From a virus: DNA of 43,525 nucleotides. The first letter of the stretch is position 1. Every line of letters starts with the position of its first letter. The stretch is from IMG/VR virus record IMGVR_UViG_3300048597_000115, positions 1-43,525 of that record. One strand, written 5' to 3'. The notes under the pieces are model-generated. The model was not told the DNA's origin. It did no database searches and worked only from the letters and a program-made list of their open reading frames with translations. Shown piece after piece: positions 8,277 through 16,700 of this stretch. Made by a program: the position numbers and the translations under genes.

Positions 8277-8297
8277 TTACTTATAAGGTGGTGAGCG

Positions 8298-8537
8298 ATG
8301 AAAGATGGCGAGTTTCTGTTTATGGGTTTTGTTCTAGCGCCAATCATATTGCCGATCACTGCGCTGCAATTTTACATGGAAGGCAACATCGAGATGGCGT
8401 TCACCTGCCTTGCCGTGCTCGTTCTTGGTTATCTGACAGCGCTTTTAAACTGCCCCAAAGAAACCATCGACATCACTAAGGGCATCTCTAAAGCCATCTT
8501 CTCATTCTTTTGGAAGCTCTTTTTTGCTAAGGCCTAA
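8298..8537 (+). CDS. small integral membrane protein (moron; candidate superinfection-exclusion / lysogenic-conversion factor)
   Basis: 79 aa. Two clear hydrophobic helices (FLFMGFVLAPIILPITALQF, FTCLAVLVLGYLTALL). Own promoter and SD. Plus strand, next to the regulator. Confidence 0.6.
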   Translation: MKDGEFLFMGFVLAPIILPITALQFYMEGNIEMAFTCLAVLVLGYLTALLNCPKETIDITKGISKAIFSFFWKLFFAKA

Positions 8538-8714
8538 GGCGCGTCCCACACGCGTCCAGAACGGCACAGTGTTGTACTTGTCGCCGATCTTATAATAACG
8601 CCCCGGCTTGAGCTCGTGCACGCTCTCACTTGTTTTAAGCGCTATAACATCGCGGCTTTTGGCCACGACGATCCTTGTGATAACGTTTGATTCTACGATG
8701 ATGAACTTTTTCAT
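8502..8714 (-). CDS. hypothetical protein (70 aa), last gene of late operon (possible fibre accessory/chaperone)
   Basis: ATG 2 nt after the stop of the fibre-like gene. The 3' end overlaps the convergent membrane-protein gene by 36 nt. Confidence 0.45.
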   Translation of the reverse strand: MKKFIIVESNVITRIVVAKSRDVIALKTSESVHELKPGRYYKIGDKYNTVPFWTRVGRALGLSKKELPKE

Positions 8715-8716
8715 AC

Positions 8717-9961
8717 TTACCTCGCGCTCAGCTTTTCTGTGGCCATGTAAATCGCGTCGATTGGCGTGTTGCCACTTCCACCAGTACCAACACCCGCAGA
8801 CCGAATCAAACTCGACATCGCTAAAAGACCTGTTGTTCCGGTTGGTATGCCGCTTGTGATTGTTCCAACAAGTGTTCCGTCTATATAGAAAGTTACTGAT
8901 GTTCCGGCACGATTAACTTTAATTTCCATAACCTGATAAACGCCCGCCGTCGGAGCAACGCCCGTATCTGTTGCTGTGGTCGCTCCACCGTCCACGGTGC
9001 AAAACTCCCAGCGACCAGAGTTCACAGCATAGTTATAACGAAAGAAGCAACCGCGAGTTGGTGCCGCCGTGATAATGTCCATAAAACCAGTCCACATTGT
9101 GAAGTTCTCTGTCACCGTTCCAAGAACCCAGATATGCTGACGAACGCCAAAAATAAGCTCTTGCTGACCGAACCGCAAAGATGCAGCGCTTTGCGCCCCG
9201 CCAAAGCCAAGAGCCGCCCGCCCAGTAGAGGTTGAGCCAGCGTTTAAACAAGTAACCCCAAGGGCCTTTTCTGTGGAGTTTACTTGCGCCATTGTTTCGC
9301 TTGCGTCTCTTAATTGAATAGCGGCAGACGCTCCACCAGAAGGGGCGTACATATCACCAACTGCGTTTGAAACTTGGATGGTGAAGTAGTCATACTCTTG
9401 AATGAAATAATTTAAAGAGTTCGGAAACGTCGGCATCTGCGACCAGAAACCAGTCGGTGTGTGCGGGTTTGCAACCTTCGTGTCCGCATAAGCCTTCGTC
9501 GCCACGTCTTGCGCCGCTGTCGGATCACTAACGTCTGTGATCTTTCTTGTGTTCACACTCAAGTCTGTGCCCGACCAATCGAGCTTTACAGTGGATCCTG
9601 ATTGAAGTGCGCCAGTTGAAAGATCCACTCTTGCGCCCGTGTTGTTTGCTCTCACGTCTGAGAAGTAACCACTCAACCACGGCTTTGTGTTGTCGCCCAC
9701 TGTGTAAGTGTCTGCTGTGTCTGGCACAAGGCTTTGATTGATCGCCGTGGCCGTGAGGTTTGAAAGTGCTGTGTCGGCACCCGCTCCCGCCCCACTCCCC
9801 GATTGAAGCTCATACGCTGAGCCCGTCCAGAGATAAAGATCTGCGTTTCCCGTATCAAGATACAAAACTCCCGGAGTCCCTGCTGCCGGAAAGAGTGTAT
9901 AGCTTGAAAACACTTGTGAGTTTGAAACGCCCGTTTTTGCCGGATAGGTGCTTGTTGCCAC
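8717..9961 (-). CDS. tail-fibre-like protein with C-terminal ConA/LamG-like beta-sandwich
   Basis: 414 aa. GTG start behind GAGGGGGAAG SD. Thr/Ser/Gly-rich N-terminal half. C-terminus FYIDGTLVGTITSG resembles a lectin/LamG jelly-roll. Confidence 0.45.
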   Translation of the reverse strand: MATSTYPAKTGVSNSQVFSSYTLFPAAGTPGVLYLDTGNADLYLWTGSAYELQSGSGAGAGADTALSNLTATAINQSLVPDTADTYTVGDNTKPWLSGYFSDVRANNTGARVDLSTGALQSGSTVKLDWSGTDLSVNTRKITDVSDPTAAQDVATKAYADTKVANPHTPTGFWSQMPTFPNSLNYFIQEYDYFTIQVSNAVGDMYAPSGGASAAIQLRDASETMAQVNSTEKALGVTCLNAGSTSTGRAALGFGGAQSAASLRFGQQELIFGVRQHIWVLGTVTENFTMWTGFMDIITAAPTRGCFFRYNYAVNSGRWEFCTVDGGATTATDTGVAPTAGVYQVMEIKVNRAGTSVTFYIDGTLVGTITSGIPTGTTGLLAMSSLIRSAGVGTGGSGNTPIDAIYMATEKLSAR

Positions 9962-9977
9962 TTACTTCCCCCTCAAA

Positions 9978-10556
9978 TTAAAAAGGCTTTATAAACCCCA
10001 AAAGTTTCATTTTCTTTGTCGAGCCCGTGGATCTCTCGGTGTAATAACAACCACCGCCATCTCTTTCGATAGCGCCAGAAAGAGTGAGCCCCTTCTCTGT
10101 GTTCCCCTCAAAGAGATTCATCTTCTTCGCTGTGAACACATCAACGATCCCAGTGTGGCCACTCACTCCCGGTGGATAGTTCCATATCGCAATCGCCCCT
10201 CGAGCGGGAACCTTCTTCACTCGCGCCGTCTTCGGAGTCTTCTGCCACACTGTCAAACAGTGCTCGCTTGCAAACACTGGCGACTTGATCCCAGTCTTCT
10301 TTTCAGCATAAGCCAAGCACGTTTGCACAAAGCTCATGCACCACGCCTCAGCGCTTGCGCTTCCAATAGTCTCTTGCAGCAGTTCGACCATCGGCCCCTT
10401 GTTGTTTCCGCCGACTTCTCTGATCCCGACGCAAGCCTGAGCCGCTAGAGCAAAGACAGTTCTTGGGTCTTTTTTCTTCATCGCTTCTTGCGCAAGCCCG
10501 TTTCCGGCAAGCCTTGCATCTAAATAGTCCACCATTTTTTTTTCTATGTTTCTCAT
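9978..10556 (-). CDS. endolysin, CHAP/NlpC-P60-like peptidoglycan hydrolase
   Basis: 192 aa. Catalytic-type Cys in AEAWCMSFV, His in GVSGHTGIV, followed by FEGNT. Adjacent to the spanin-like pair. Confidence 0.7.
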   Translation of the reverse strand: MRNIEKKMVDYLDARLAGNGLAQEAMKKKDPRTVFALAAQACVGIREVGGNNKGPMVELLQETIGSASAEAWCMSFVQTCLAYAEKKTGIKSPVFASEHCLTVWQKTPKTARVKKVPARGAIAIWNYPPGVSGHTGIVDVFTAKKMNLFEGNTEKGLTLSGAIERDGGGCYYTERSTGSTKKMKLLGFIKPF

Positions 10557-10565
10557 AACAATCCC

Positions 10566-10868
10566 TTAATTGCAGTTATTCTTGACGTACTCTTGAGCCT
10601 TCTCGCTCCAACGAAACACTTTACTTGCGTCCGAAGTTTGAAAACCAAAGACACCGTTACACTTCTCAAGTGGCCAGTCTTTAACGTGAACAACCTGCAT
10701 CTTCTTTGGATCCGTGATGCGATACTCGCCGCACACATTAAACTGCGTGTCCGTTTCCCACACTCTGTCAGTCGGGAACTTCGGAAGTTTGTTACACGCG
10801 CTAAGGCTAAGCCCTGTTAAGAAGGTCAGCAGCAGCTTTGATTTTCTCAAGGCGATCTTTTGCAGCAT
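10566..10868 (-). CDS. outer-membrane lipoprotein, o-spanin candidate
   Basis: Start moved to ATG 10868 behind GGAGAAA SD. Signal peptide plus lipobox: MLQKIALRKSKLLLTFLTGLSLSAC. The 5' end overlaps the upstream TM/coiled-coil gene by 62 nt (overlapped spanin layout). Confidence 0.5.
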   Translation of the reverse strand: MLQKIALRKSKLLLTFLTGLSLSACNKLPKFPTDRVWETDTQFNVCGEYRITDPKKMQVVHVKDWPLEKCNGVFGFQTSDASKVFRWSEKAQEYVKNNCN

Positions 10869-11016
10869 TGTATTTCTCCACGTTCTTCTTGTTGGTTTCT
10901 TCAAAAGCCTTTTCTTCTTCTGCAAGCTCGTAAAGATTCACAACTTTTTTTTGTAGCTTTAAGGCCATCCATGTAAGGACGGCCTGAGCAAGCCACATAA
11001 GTGCTTTATCGATCAT
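10807..11016 (-). CDS. N-terminal TM plus coiled-coil protein, i-spanin candidate
   Basis: 69 aa. ALMWLAQAVLTWMAL hydrophobic segment, then a charged helical region. Overlapped by the lipoprotein gene in another frame. Confidence 0.4.
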   Translation of the reverse strand: MIDKALMWLAQAVLTWMALKLQKKVVNLYELAEEEKAFEETNKKNVEKYNAAKDRLEKIKAAADLLNRA

Positions 11017-11243
11017 TAGCCCTCAGCGCCGTCGATCTTATCGATGTTTGACGTGACAAAGCCATCAATCGCATCAAGTGCTGCTGGCAAGATACCGCCA
11101 ACAAGTCCGCCTTGAATCTCAGCAGACTTTTTAAGCCATGTTTTCAAAGCGGCGTAAGCCTTCTCTGCGCCGTCTTCAAGCAGTGGCAAGCCTTGTGCTT
11201 CTAGTTCTGCTGCGAGTGCTTTTAAATCAAAAGCCTTTTCCAT
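11016..11243 (-). CDS. hypothetical protein (75 aa) in lysis cassette
   Basis: ATG behind AGGGGGA SD. Amphipathic GGLVGGILPAALDAI segment. Confidence 0.45.
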   Translation of the reverse strand: MEKAFDLKALAAELEAQGLPLLEDGAEKAYAALKTWLKKSAEIQGGLVGGILPAALDAIDGFVTSNIDKIDGAEG

Positions 11244-11252
11244 TATATCCCC

Positions 11253-11510
11253 CTATGGTTTGTTGTTTGTTTTTTCTAGGCGAGTCACACGCTCACCTAA
11301 ATCGTTTATTTTTTTGGTTTGTGTTTTCTCAAGATCCAAGATGGACTCTTTGAGATCGTTAATGTTCGAGCCGATCTTTTTAAGACTCTGCTCGATGGAC
11401 GCAAGGTGGTGCGCGACTTTCCCCTTAATTAAAAACCAGATCACACCAACAGTGATGAGATCCTTTGGGCTCAACAATTTTTCCAATAGCTCAATAGACA
11501 AGAACTCCAT
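11253..11510 (-). CDS. single-TM coiled-coil protein, holin candidate
   Basis: Start moved to ATG 11510 behind TAGGGGTG SD. LITVGVIWFLI hydrophobic segment, then a charged helical tail. First gene of the lysis block. Confidence 0.3.
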   Translation of the reverse strand: MEFLSIELLEKLLSPKDLITVGVIWFLIKGKVAHHLASIEQSLKKIGSNINDLKESILDLEKTQTKKINDLGERVTRLEKTNNKP

Positions 11511-11518
11511 GCGCACCC

Positions 11519-12796
11519 CTATAAAACCTGCCAACCCGTCCCGTCGCAAACAATCTGTCGCGAAGAGTATTGTGTTGTGAGTGAAGATGTTGTTGCTCCA
11601 TCGATTGTTTCAGATGCGTTGCCATCAAAAATGCAAGAGTTTCCACTTGCGTCTGTCTTCTTTAAGTGAAAGCGAACGCCCTTAGATGACGCTGCTGCGG
11701 GAAGTGTCACCGTCACGTTGCCGCCTGTGGCGTCGCAAAGAAAAACGTTGTCCCACTTTGTTGCTGTTACGCTGCTATTTATGCTTCGCGTGTCGAGCGT
11801 ATAGTCTAACCCGTATGTTCCCATCACTCGCCACGCCGTTGTGTCGTTTACAATAAACACAGTGTCGCCAGCGTCGCGCATGACAAGCGTTGAAAGTCCC
11901 CCGACAAGCTCAGAGGCGTTGGGGTCGATCGTGCAGGTGTTTGCGGCCACTGGCTTGTGAATGATAAGCCAGCGCCCAGTCCCCGCCGAAGCCACTGCCG
12001 GAAGGCTCACGGTTACGTTTGATGAAGTCGTGTCGCAGTTAACAACTTGAGATGTGCCACTCACCGCACCCGAAGAGTAGTTATATGTCGTCGGAGAAGC
12101 TGGCGCTTGCCAGATCATGCCTGTTGGTTGGGCGGCAGAAGCAGTAAGAACCGTGCCATCTGCGCCAACCCCAAGGCGCGTCACTGTGTTTGATGCCGTG
12201 GCAGCATAGAGATCGCCCTTCGTTGTGAGAACAGAGCGAGTCTGTCTTGCGTCAAGCTGGGTTTGCACATCACTTGTGGTGGTTGAAAGATAGCCCACTT
12301 GCGTTGCTGTTGTGGCAGACGCAGAAATAAAGCCCGAGCCATCGCTCACAAGCGCTCGGCTTGCGGTGGTCGCAGCGAGCTTGTTTACTGCAATCCCCGC
12401 AGATGCACGAATCTCGTTGTTGTCGATGTTCGTGATGGTATTGTCGTCCGCGTTTATTGTTTTGTTTGTTAGCGTCTTTGTGTTCGCTGAGGACAAAAGA
12501 TCCGTGAGCCCATCAAGAAGGTTGAGCTCTGTTGTCGATATAAGTGGAGAACTCACTAGGCGCTGACTCCCGTCAACGACGGCCACTGTGTCCACAGTCT
12601 GATCGAAAAGCTGCACGCCCCCCGTGCCGTTGGGGTTTAAAACAATGTCGCCGTTTGTGTTCTTACTTGAGATCGTGTTGCCATCTAAAACAAGGTTGTC
12701 AACCGTGACCTTATCAAAAACCTTCGACTGTCCATAGGCGCTTAACGAAACAAAGCTAAGCAGTAAAATAGTGCTTCTTGATTTTAATAGTCCCAC
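11519..12796 (-). CDS. tail fibre protein
   Basis: Start set to GTG 12796 behind ACGGGGGA SD; the ORF-track start 12820 is TTG. Fibre-type motifs TTELNLLDGLT and QVGYLSTTTSDVQTQLDAR. Thr/Ser/Asn-rich. Confidence 0.6.
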   Translation of the reverse strand: MGLLKSRSTILLLSFVSLSAYGQSKVFDKVTVDNLVLDGNTISSKNTNGDIVLNPNGTGGVQLFDQTVDTVAVVDGSQRLVSSPLISTTELNLLDGLTDLLSSANTKTLTNKTINADDNTITNIDNNEIRASAGIAVNKLAATTASRALVSDGSGFISASATTATQVGYLSTTTSDVQTQLDARQTRSVLTTKGDLYAATASNTVTRLGVGADGTVLTASAAQPTGMIWQAPASPTTYNYSSGAVSGTSQVVNCDTTSSNVTVSLPAVASAGTGRWLIIHKPVAANTCTIDPNASELVGGLSTLVMRDAGDTVFIVNDTTAWRVMGTYGLDYTLDTRSINSSVTATKWDNVFLCDATGGNVTVTLPAAASSKGVRFHLKKTDASGNSCIFDGNASETIDGATTSSLTTQYSSRQIVCDGTGWQVL

Positions 12797-13691
12797 TTGA
12801 TCCCCCGTTGTCAGACGCAAGTCTAAGCTGCGCCGTTGTTGTTCCCGACAAAGTAAAAGTTAAGCCGTGCTCGTCGCCCTCATAACCACCATCCACAAAA
12901 ACCCAAGCGCTGTTCTTGTAGTGAAGCGCAAAGCGCCCCGTCGCAAAGATGGTTGTTCCACGCTCGACCATATACTCGAAGACCACGGCCTTATATGAAG
13001 TGCTCGCAAACGTTTCGCCAGTGAGATCTGTTGCCGCTTGGTTGTTGGTGAAGTTGTGCGTTGTCGCAAGAGATAGCGGCGCAATGCCAAGGTTCGTGAG
13101 CGCTGCCGCGGCGCTTGAGAGCTCAGAGAGATTGTTTGTCGCAAGCAAAACTCCAAGCGCAGACGTGACATCGCTATAACTCTTGAGCTCAAACGCAGTG
13201 CCGCCGGAGTTAAAGCCAAGAAGTTTGTTCCCGTATGCGCCAGATGGGATTGTTCCAAGTGTTGTGCTTGTTTCAGAAAACTTAATTGTTCGGTTAAGTT
13301 CATCTTGTTGCTGCTGCGCAATCATCACCAAAGAATCGAACGCGTTCTCATGCGTCTCTGGGAAAAAGCTCCCTTGGTTTCTTAAATCAAAAGGTTGCTT
13401 GAGAGCTCGCACCCGGCGGATCACGATCACCCAGTCAACCTTCAGGCTGTTTCCGGTATTGATCCAATCGCGTGCGCCAGTCACAAGAACAACGTTCCCG
13501 CCCGTGGCCACACCAACACCTGTCACAGTGTAGTCGGTGGTGAGAGTGAGTGTTGTCTCAACCCCAGTGGTGGGGTGCCTCACCGTCACAAGAAGATCAT
13601 CGTCATCAAGGACCTTGAAAGTGTAAGCGTATGTGCCAACCGCACCTGTTCCGGTGTATGACACCCGATTTACTAAAGACGTTATGGACAT
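12756..13691 (-). CDS. tail fibre / fibre-adaptor protein with T7 gp17 N-terminal-like region
   Basis: 311 aa. N-terminus VSYTGTGAVGTYAYTFKVLDDDDLLVTV...TDYTVTG...IRRV...FPETHENAFDSLVMIAQQQQDE follows the T7 fibre N-domain pattern. Sits directly after the core-protein genes, as in T7. Confidence 0.5.
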   Translation of the reverse strand: MSITSLVNRVSYTGTGAVGTYAYTFKVLDDDDLLVTVRHPTTGVETTLTLTTDYTVTGVGVATGGNVVLVTGARDWINTGNSLKVDWVIVIRRVRALKQPFDLRNQGSFFPETHENAFDSLVMIAQQQQDELNRTIKFSETSTTLGTIPSGAYGNKLLGFNSGGTAFELKSYSDVTSALGVLLATNNLSELSSAAAALTNLGIAPLSLATTHNFTNNQAATDLTGETFASTSYKAVVFEYMVERGTTIFATGRFALHYKNSAWVFVDGGYEGDEHGLTFTLSGTTTAQLRLASDNGGSSGTIKIKKHYFTA

Positions 13692-13708
13692 CCTTATCCC
13701 CCCTGTCC

Positions 13709-13745
13709 CTTGATGCTAGATCACTGTTGCGATAATAGCATCAAG
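13709..13745 (-). other. 10-bp-stem hairpin in the 70-nt gap between the giant gene and the fibre gene
   Basis: cttgatgcta (13709-13718) pairs with tagcatcaag (13736-13745), 17-nt loop. No trailing U-run. Confidence 0.6.
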
Positions 13746-13761
13746 TAAAGCTAAAATCACA

Positions 13762-16700
13762 TCATCTTCCTGTCAACAAGCCGCGCATGAACTCGTCCCC
13801 TGTCTCTGGGTCTGCTTTGCCCTCGTTGTAGTCGATCAAATAGCCCGCCGTTTTCGACACCTGCCCCATTGGAACACCCGCCAAGGCCAGCGCACTCATC
13901 GCGTCTTGGGTCGCCCGCTTCTTATTCAGATCGCCCGTTGCAGCTTCATAAACGTCGTAAGGAATGTGCGCGAGCTTTTCAATCTGCGTCACCGCTGGCG
14001 AGAGCGTCAGACGATCATCAAACGGTTTGTCGTTAAATTGATTGATGGCGTTGTTGAGAACTGGACCTGCGCCCGGAACCATCGCAAAGCCCATGCGCAT
14101 CTGAGAGCCAAAGAATAAGCCCACGAAGTCGTCCATGTATTCATCGTCATCATCTTCATCAAGCCCGCTTGATTGCAGCGCTTTTAGAATAAGATCGCCA
14201 AGAACCGCAGGGATCATAAAGCCCATGAGATAAACATAGAAGAGCTTCCCCGCGCCCTTTCTCAAGCCAACCTCTCGAGAGATGGTTTGCACCTGCCCGT
14301 AGTTGAGGTTCGCAAGGTTGTTGAAATAACCAGCAAACATCAAAAAGAGCCGAGTAAATGGACGGCCTGTTTCTGCCGTGCTGACATCCTCTGGGTTCAT
14401 GGATCCTTGAGTTGTGCGCACAGCTTCGTCTGCTGACCACACCGCTTCTTGCTCGGTGGATCCACTCTCGATCGCTTGCTCGTAAGCCCCCACCCACACA
14501 ATGTTGTCCACCACGTTCTGTGCTGCGCTTTGTAAAACATAGCCGTGAGTTTCAAACCACATTGTCGTGTTCTTATAAAGCCCCGGATCAAGTGCAATCT
14601 TCTCAATCCCGCTATGCACTTCCATCACCTGCGTGGTGGTTCTTGTCTTCATAAAGTCAGACTTCTCTCGAACAGACTTTGCTGTGTCTGCTGGCGAGCG
14701 CGAGAACTTATAAAGCGCGTTTCTCACATAGTGCGGCTTCACCACGACAAGCGCCGCAGAAAAGCCCGTCACCTGTTGGATCGTGTTTGCGAAGTTTAAG
14801 AACATCGCATGGAGCCCCACACGCTTTCTTATCACCTTAAACGTTCTATCAATAAGGCGACCACCAAAGCCCGTTGCAGACTCCACCACTCTTTGTGTCG
14901 CGGCTCTTTGAAGCGCCGGAATAATAACATCGCTCACCGTTGTGCGATCAAGCGCCTCAAGAGCTCCACGCACTTCCTTGTCGCTCACGATCTTCATCAC
15001 GTCTTTAACTCTTGGCTCAATGTGAATGAACCGAAGAACCTTATCTAAGTGCATACTCGCAAGACGAACATCCATTGCAAGTGGCGCGACATATCTCTGC
15101 ACGCGACTCTTTGTGAACCCACGCCCCGTGGTCGGGAACGTGTAAGAGTTATTCACTCCGCTCACAGCTTCCTTCTCGGCTCTTGCGCTTGCGTCACTGT
15201 TTAAATACTGATCCACAATCGCTGGCACATAACCACCACGATAAACACCATAGGGCGTTTCAAACTCATTGGCCGTGATCTCGCTAAAGTAGTGACCATA
15301 CATCTTCTTGTGCGCCTTTTGCGCCTCTGGCTTGAGCGTCTCGTTGAGGTTCCACATCGCTTGAAGGAAGTCGTAGTCTTGCTTAGAAAGCACTCCCTCT
15401 CTTTGGAGCCTTGTCTCAAACGCTTTAAACTTCGAGTCATCAAGAACGCCCTCATCGTCGATCGTTCCCCACTCATAACCAAGCAAGAGCTTCCTAAAGT
15501 TACTTTCGTTCCCTCTGTGGAGAAGAGCTCCGAGAAGCTGAGCTTTATCTTGGAACTCAAAGTTGAGCTCTGGTGAAGCGATCTTTCCCTTCTTGAAAAT
15601 ATCTTTGTAAGTTTTAAAAATCTTTTGCAGATCTAAGAACGTCTTTTCCTTCGCCAAGCGATACTTAGTTGTGCCGTCGATGATCGGGCGATAGATGTTT
15701 CTTCTCATCGCTGTGCTTTCGTTTCCGTCAACCGATACGGCCCAGTGCTCGATCCTTCTGAGTCTTGCTCTTATGCCAAGGAAGTCGATCTTTGTCTTAT
15801 CCATATCCTCAACACTTTTTCTGTACTTCTTCTCAGCGCCAGTTTCGCCAAGCACCTCAAGCGCTCGGAGCTTCACCTCTTCTCGCGCCACGTTGACATC
15901 CACCATCTTTCCATCGATCTCGATTTGTCGAGCGCTCTTTGCTAGATCCCACAGCGCGTTCACGCTATCGATCACTCGCTCAACAGACTCAACCGATAAC
16001 TCTTTGTAGTCGCCACTAAACTCTGCAATGTCTGACACAATCGTGTAAATCGTTTCATAAGTTGATGGGTCGTACTTCTTGATTGAATCAAGATACGCCA
16101 TCGCGGACTTGTCTGCTTTGCCTTTTCCAAGACCGAACTGCGTAAGGATCGCACGAATCGCGTTTACATAGTCCACCTCGCGGCTCTTTGCGATCTCATC
16201 ATCTGGACGATAGAAGCGCGCCTTGTGATCGTCAAACTTCGTCATAAGCTCTTTAAACTCAATCGCTGCTTTGTAAAGCTCGTGGTTTAAAAGTTCTCTG
16301 AGCTTCGCATCATACGCGCCCTCGAAGTCCCCTTGCGCGAGCTTCACGCCAGCTTCTTTCGCCGCCTTCTTCTCAGCGTTATAATAAAGATGCGGACGCA
16401 CATCTTTCACAATGCGCTTTCCAATAATACGATGAGCTTCGGCTTTGACTTCCTTGCTCGATGGCACACGCTTCGTTGCTTGACGAATCACATCTTTCAT
16501 CACTGGCAGATTGTTCTCAACGAGATGTTGTAGCTGCAAGCGAAGAAGCTGAGAGTGCTTGTCATTGTGAAGAGCCTTTGTGACTTCTTCTGAAAGCTGT
16601 GCCGACTCAAAGAGATCCGGATATTCTTGTTTCATTTCCATATCGGCTTGCGCCTCAACCGCTTCTCTGAGCGTTGGTGCGTTTGCGATGGTGGTCATCA

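Noticed and set aside
8717-13691. Diversity-generating retroelement (expected by analogy with BPP-1-type phages)
   Set aside because: There is no reverse-transcriptase-like ORF anywhere in the genome. There is no non-coding space for a template repeat, and I saw no near-duplicate of a fibre 3' end.
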